64,000 bases of DNA from a bacterium. GTDB lineage: Bacteria; UBA8248. The stretch is from the NCBI GenBank assembly GCA_965213625.1, contig CBDBZU010000004.1:1504001-1568000 (forward strand), read 5' to 3'. The notes below the pieces were generated by a model. It was given only the letters and a program-made list of their open reading frames with translations, made no database searches and was not told the origin of the DNA. How positions within the stretch are numbered: the first letter of the stretch is position 1; each line of letters opens with the position of its first letter. Of this stretch, positions 59,408-64,000 are shown piece after piece. The position numbers and the translations under genes were made by a program.

Positions 59408-60314
59408 AGCCGAACCATCGGGCGGCATCGATGCGGCGGATTACCTTAATAACTGGGCGAAACGTGTCGGGGAAGAACTCGACCGCCTGGTGCCGAAATC
59501 TTTTGAGCCTCCCGAAATTTTCGAGATCATGCGCTACAGCCTTTTCGCCGGAGGTAAGCGCCTGCGTCCCGTGCTTTGCGTGGCCGGTTGTGAAGCCGTA
59601 GGTGGAAATCCTGAACTTATCCTGCCCGCCGCATGCGCCCTCGAGTGTATTCACTCTTATTCTTTGATCCATGATGATCTACCCGCCATGGACGATGATG
59701 ACCTCAGGCGCGGGATGCCTACGAGCCATAAGGTTTATGGAGAGGCGGCGGCGATTCTCGCGGGGGATGGATTGCAGGCCCTGGCCTTCGAGTTGATGGC
59801 GAATGAAAAAATGAGCGAGAAAATATCGCCCGGGCGTCATGTGAAGGCGATTCGAATGGTCGCCGATGCGGCAGGCGCTACAGGCATGGTGGGGGGACAG
59901 CTTCTGGACATCCGCGCCAATGGCCGGGTGAGTGACGTAGCGCATTTAGAGGAAATTCACAGGAGAAAGACGGGCGCGCTTTTGAGAGTTTCCGTTTGCC
60001 TGGGGGGGCTCCTCGGGGGTGGTGATGAAGCGCAGTTGAATGCGCTGCATGTTTATGGCGAAAAAATTGGACTGGCGTTTCAAATTGTGGACGACATTCT
60101 GGATGTGGAAGGCGATGAGGCCCTCATGGGAAAACCCATAGGTTCGGATGAGGGGTTGAACAAGGCGACATATCCCGCCTTGTATGGCATGGAGACGTCG
60201 AAACAACTGGCGCGCACCACTTGCGAGGAAGCGTTGGCGGCGCTCGAAAATTTACCGAAAAAAGCGCCTGAATTGGAATCTTTGGCGCATTTTATTATCT
60301 TGCGTCGTTTCTGA
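59388..60314 (+). CDS. ispA: farnesyl/geranylgeranyl diphosphate synthase
   Basis: GGKRLRP, IHDDLPAMDDDDLRRG, FQIVDDILD; the start may be 59397 or 59400. Confidence 0.92.
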   Translation: MVKMMNEAEPSGGIDAADYLNNWAKRVGEELDRLVPKSFEPPEIFEIMRYSLFAGGKRLRPVLCVAGCEAVGGNPELILPAACALECIHSYSLIHDDLPAMDDDDLRRGMPTSHKVYGEAAAILAGDGLQALAFELMANEKMSEKISPGRHVKAIRMVADAAGATGMVGGQLLDIRANGRVSDVAHLEEIHRRKTGALLRVSVCLGGLLGGGDEAQLNALHVYGEKIGLAFQIVDDILDVEGDEALMGKPIGSDEGLNKATYPALYGMETSKQLARTTCEEALAALENLPKKAPELESLAHFIILRRF

Positions 60315-60429
60315 CGATTGACTATCATTATTTGGTTAGTCTTAGTATGACAGCGGAATGTAGTACAACGAGACGTTCCCTTGATGAAGTAAGATTCGTT
60401 TTAAGATGAATTCCCGTGGGGGAGATGAT

Positions 60430-62364
60430 ATGGGCGAATTGCTCGAGCGCATTGATAGCCCGGCGGATTTGAGACTATTGCCGGAAGAGGAACTTTCGCA
60501 AGTCGTGGATGAGCTCCGCGATATGGTAATTCAGGTAACGTCCAATACGGGTGGGCATCTGGGCGCTTCTCTGGGAGCTGCGGAACTCATTGTAGCGCTT
60601 CACTATCTCTATGAAACGCCGAAGGATAAGCTGATTTGGGATGTTGGACATCAGGCCTACACGCACAAGATTCTCACAGGACGCCGTGATCGATTCCACA
60701 CGCTAAGGCAGTGGGAGGGGGTCGCCGGTTTTCCGGATAGGCGCGAGAGTGAATATGATCATCTGAATGTGGCGCATGGAGGCACGTCCATATCTGCGGC
60801 GCTGGGTATGGCCACGGCGCGAGACCTCTCGGGCGAGGATTTCCAGGTTGTCGCCATTATCGGAGATGGAAGCCTTACCGCCGGCATGGCGATGGAAGGG
60901 CTGAACAATGCCGGCGATTCGAAGAGAAACCTCACAGTAATCCTCAATGACAATAAAATGGGAATTTCTCATAACGTGGGCGCAATGTGTTCATACCTGG
61001 CGCGTATCATGACGGGTGAATGGGCGAACCGGGCCCGCAAGGTGCGTGGAGAAGTCCAGAAAATACTCAGCCATCTTCCTTTGGTGGGCAGTCATGCCGT
61101 CACGCTCATGGACAGGGTGGAGGAGTCTCTCAAAAATATCATCGTGCCGGGTATCTTGTTTGAGGAACTGGGTTTCCGGTACATCGGCCCGGTGGATGGT
61201 CACAGGCTGGATTTGTTGATTCCCACTCTGAAGAACGTGAGAAATCTGGATGGCCCCAACCTGGTTCATGTTGTTACCCGTAAAGGCTATGGGTACCCCT
61301 ATAGCGAAGCGGAACCCATCACATATCACGGCGTGACGAAATTCGATCCTGAATCCGGCAAATTTCACAAAAAAGCGCCTGGGCCTCCCGGCTACTCTAA
61401 AGTTTTTAATGATACGATGATTAAGCTCAGCAAAAAAGATGAAAAGATAGTAGCCATCTCGGCAGCTATGCTCGAGGGTACGGCGCTCGTGAACTATCAA
61501 AAAGAGTTGCCCGATCGCTGCTTTGACGTAGGGATGTGTGAACAGCATGCGGTAACTTTTGCCGCGGGGCTGGCGCTTGAGGGGATGAAGCCGGTCGCCG
61601 CGATTTACAGCACATTTTTGCAGCGCGCCTATGATCAGATCATCCACGATGTCTGCCTCACGAACGTGCCCGTTACCTTTGCGCTGGACCGGGCCGGTCT
61701 CGTAGGTGATGATGGGCCCACTCACCAGGGTGCTTATGACCTAGCCTATCTTCGGTGTCTGCCGAACATGATGATCATGTCGCCTAAAGACGAAAATGAA
61801 CTTCAAAAAATGGTGTTGACCGCAATTGAGCATCCAGGGCCGGCCGCGGTGCGCTTCGCGCGTGGTTCCGGTGAAGGGGTGCCGATGGATGAGGATATCG
61901 AGACGATACCCATCGGAGAGGCGGAGCTGCTTCGTGATGGTGATGACGTTGCGCTCATCGCTTTGGGACCCATGGTGGGGCTCGCGATGGAGTCTGCCGG
62001 GCAATTGGAGGAACTCGGCATACAAGCGTCGGTCTTGAACCTTCGCTTTGTGAAGCCGATGGATGAGGAGAAGGTTCTGGAACTCGCGAGACGGTGCAAG
62101 CGCGTCGTGACGATTGAGGAGGGGACGCGCATCGGTGGAATGGGCGCCGGCGTTTTGGAACTATTTGCGGCGCAAGGAATCCAGGACGTTTCCGTCACGG
62201 TTTTGGGTATTCCCGATAGGTTTATTGAACACGGGGCGCCCCAACTCCAGCGCGAGGATTGTGGGCTTACGCCGGGCGACATTACCCAGGCGGCTCGCGA
62301 TCTGATGAATGACGAAACAGATTCTGCCAACCTGGCGGCGCATGGCAACGAAACAGAGGCTTGA
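60430..62364 (+). CDS. dxs: 1-deoxy-D-xylulose-5-phosphate synthase
   Basis: GGHLGASLG, WDVGHQAY, GDGSLT, LNDN, YSTFLQRAYDQ. Confidence 0.97.
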   Translation: MGELLERIDSPADLRLLPEEELSQVVDELRDMVIQVTSNTGGHLGASLGAAELIVALHYLYETPKDKLIWDVGHQAYTHKILTGRRDRFHTLRQWEGVAGFPDRRESEYDHLNVAHGGTSISAALGMATARDLSGEDFQVVAIIGDGSLTAGMAMEGLNNAGDSKRNLTVILNDNKMGISHNVGAMCSYLARIMTGEWANRARKVRGEVQKILSHLPLVGSHAVTLMDRVEESLKNIIVPGILFEELGFRYIGPVDGHRLDLLIPTLKNVRNLDGPNLVHVVTRKGYGYPYSEAEPITYHGVTKFDPESGKFHKKAPGPPGYSKVFNDTMIKLSKKDEKIVAISAAMLEGTALVNYQKELPDRCFDVGMCEQHAVTFAAGLALEGMKPVAAIYSTFLQRAYDQIIHDVCLTNVPVTFALDRAGLVGDDGPTHQGAYDLAYLRCLPNMMIMSPKDENELQKMVLTAIEHPGPAAVRFARGSGEGVPMDEDIETIPIGEAELLRDGDDVALIALGPMVGLAMESAGQLEELGIQASVLNLRFVKPMDEEKVLELARRCKRVVTIEEGTRIGGMGAGVLELFAAQGIQDVSVTVLGIPDRFIEHGAPQLQREDCGLTPGDITQAARDLMNDETDSANLAAHGNETEA

Positions 62365-63154
62365 TAAATTACTCGTTGAACGTGCGCTGGCCCCAAGCCG
62401 GGAGCGTGCGCGCAGCCTGATTTTGGCAGGTCTTGTGAGTGTTGACGGAAAACCCGCCACCAAGGCGGGTTCTTCATTTCCGGAAGACGCATCAATCACC
62501 CTCAAAGAAAATCCTTGTCCCTATGTGAGCCGGGGAGGTTTGAAGCTCGCCGGTGCGCTGGATGTCTTTGATGTTGACCCTATCGAGAAATACTGTATGG
62601 ATATCGGCGCATCCACGGGTGGATTCACCGATGTGCTGCTCACCCGTGGCGCCCGCCGCGTTTCGGCGGTGGATGTAGGGAAAGGTCTGATTGACTGGAA
62701 ATTAAGGAATGACCCCAGAGTCACTCTTCTAGAAGGGGTGAACGCCAGGCATCTTACGCCGGAAAAATTTCAGACGCTGGCGGGAGAAGAACGCCCTGGT
62801 TTATGCGTCGTGGACCTCTCGTTCATCTCCGTCATGAAGGTGCTCGAACCGGTCCATGAGTTGCTCGACGATGGCGGGGAGATGCTCGTTCTCATTAAAC
62901 CACAGTTCGAAGTGGGGAAAGGACGTGTCGGGAAAGGAGGGATAGTCCGGGACCCCGGGCTTCACCGTGAAGTTCTCAACCGTATCTGGGATGATACGCT
63001 TCGGATGAAATTGGCTCCCCAGGGTATCTCCTTGAGCGCGATTACGGGCGCGAAAGGAAACCGGGAATTCTTTATGTATTTGAAACCCGGGGCGAATTCT
63101 CCGGGGTCGCTAGATGTGGTTGAAAACGTCTTGGCGCAGGACCAAGAAACTTAA
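62342..63154 (+). CDS. tlyA: TlyA family rRNA methyltransferase
   Basis: RLDKLL S4 domain, YVSRGGLKL, DIGASTGGFTD, KPQFE, GNREF. Confidence 0.95.
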   Translation: MATKQRLDKLLVERALAPSRERARSLILAGLVSVDGKPATKAGSSFPEDASITLKENPCPYVSRGGLKLAGALDVFDVDPIEKYCMDIGASTGGFTDVLLTRGARRVSAVDVGKGLIDWKLRNDPRVTLLEGVNARHLTPEKFQTLAGEERPGLCVVDLSFISVMKVLEPVHELLDDGGEMLVLIKPQFEVGKGRVGKGGIVRDPGLHREVLNRIWDDTLRMKLAPQGISLSAITGAKGNREFFMYLKPGANSPGSLDVVENVLAQDQET

Positions 63155-63954
63155 GCAATCTTTATTATCCCGCCATCCAATTTTGGGACGATGCTCGTAA
63201 TGTCCTTCTGTGCGCAGAAGGAGATGTCCTCATCAAGTCCCAGAGACGATAAATGTCTGCCCCACCAACTATGAAAAAGCATCTTTTCCAGGTTTTTTTC
63301 AGTTCCATGTGCGACATACAGAGCTGCTCGAGCGGTGTCGGAGAATTCCAGGTTCTCTAAGTGCTTGGATAATATTTGCAGGAGCATTCCTGCCCCTACG
63401 GTATCTTCTTCACAATAAGCTCCTTCACGACCTGAACAGGCTATCAGGAGGGATTTGTTCGGGTTTGCATGAAGAATAGACGCTATACGATCGGCGGCAG
63501 CCGTGATGTTCACGAAAGCGGCGGTGAAAATTTCTCCGCAATCTTTTGCAGCGGAAAGCGTTTTGGTTCCGTTGCTCGTAGAGAATATCAATAATTTCCC
63601 GCTGATTCTGCTGAGCGTGTATTCGAGAGGGGAATTGCCCCCGTCAAAACCTTCAATCGGCTTGCCGTCTTGCTCTCCGCCCAGGATGATTTTTTCGGAA
63701 CCGTGCCGCAGGCGCAATTCTTGGGCCATTTCAAGGGCCATTTCTGGAGACGCGCACGGATATATCGCGGAACATCCATTCTCCAGGATTGCGGCGATAT
63801 TCGTGGTGGCTCTTAAAATGTCTATGACGACGCACACAATGTTTTGTGCATTTACTCCGTTTGCCCGATGCGCATCTTTGAGTCTCGTGGGGATTTCAGG
63901 GTGGGAAAAGGCAACGTCGCACCAGGTGCTTTTGCTCACGAGGGCGATTCCCAA
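63151..63954 (-). CDS. comB: 2-phosphosulfolactate phosphatase family
   Basis: VVIDILRATT, GGE, GNSP, TSNGT, ED; start uncertain. Confidence 0.85.
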   Translation of the reverse strand: MGIALVSKSTWCDVAFSHPEIPTRLKDAHRANGVNAQNIVCVVIDILRATTNIAAILENGCSAIYPCASPEMALEMAQELRLRHGSEKIILGGEQDGKPIEGFDGGNSPLEYTLSRISGKLLIFSTSNGTKTLSAAKDCGEIFTAAFVNITAAADRIASILHANPNKSLLIACSGREGAYCEEDTVGAGMLLQILSKHLENLEFSDTARAALYVAHGTEKNLEKMLFHSWWGRHLSSLGLDEDISFCAQKDITSIVPKLDGGIIKIA

Positions 63955-64000
63955 ACAATGTCCAAATAGAAAAAATCATTGATTAGCGCGGATAAGAGAA

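Noticed and set aside
59388-62364. ispA/dxs (and ispB) as dedicated prenyl suppliers for the RiPP cluster
   Set aside because: They lie in conserved housekeeping context (xseAB-ispA-dxs-tlyA), far from the cluster; proximity is not evidence.

Overview
GC-rich bacterial chromosomal window. It is mostly catabolic and housekeeping genes: EmrAB-type efflux, ggt, acyl-CoA dehydrogenases, two tandem luciferase-like monooxygenases, comM, selD, msrA, thiI, ispB, maf, hyuAB, greA, cysE-iscS-iscU and folD-xseAB-ispA-dxs-tlyA. An accessory region at about 18.9-31.6 kb carries a proteusin (NHLP-leader) RiPP cluster. The cluster has an 83-aa precursor with a 5-residue core (LSCCW), a fused TOMM/YcaO cyclodehydratase, a class II terpene-cyclase-like protein carrying its own NHLP leader copy, an AlkB-type di-iron enzyme fused to a degenerate GlnE-like domain, a putative ABBA-type prenyltransferase and a 5'-truncated NHLP ABC transporter. 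It is broken on the left by a chimeric junction, and on the right an intact IS256 with an 8-bp target duplication sits directly against the precursor's -35 box. Other items not shown in the ORF track: a selenocysteine-containing SelD (in-frame UGA plus SECIS-like hairpin), two duplication scars that copy the 3' end of a neighbouring gene (comM and a cupin), MITE-like elements, GTAG-type REP palindromes, and a DmsB-DmsA-like fused molybdoenzyme. All calls come from motif recognition by eye; no searches were run.
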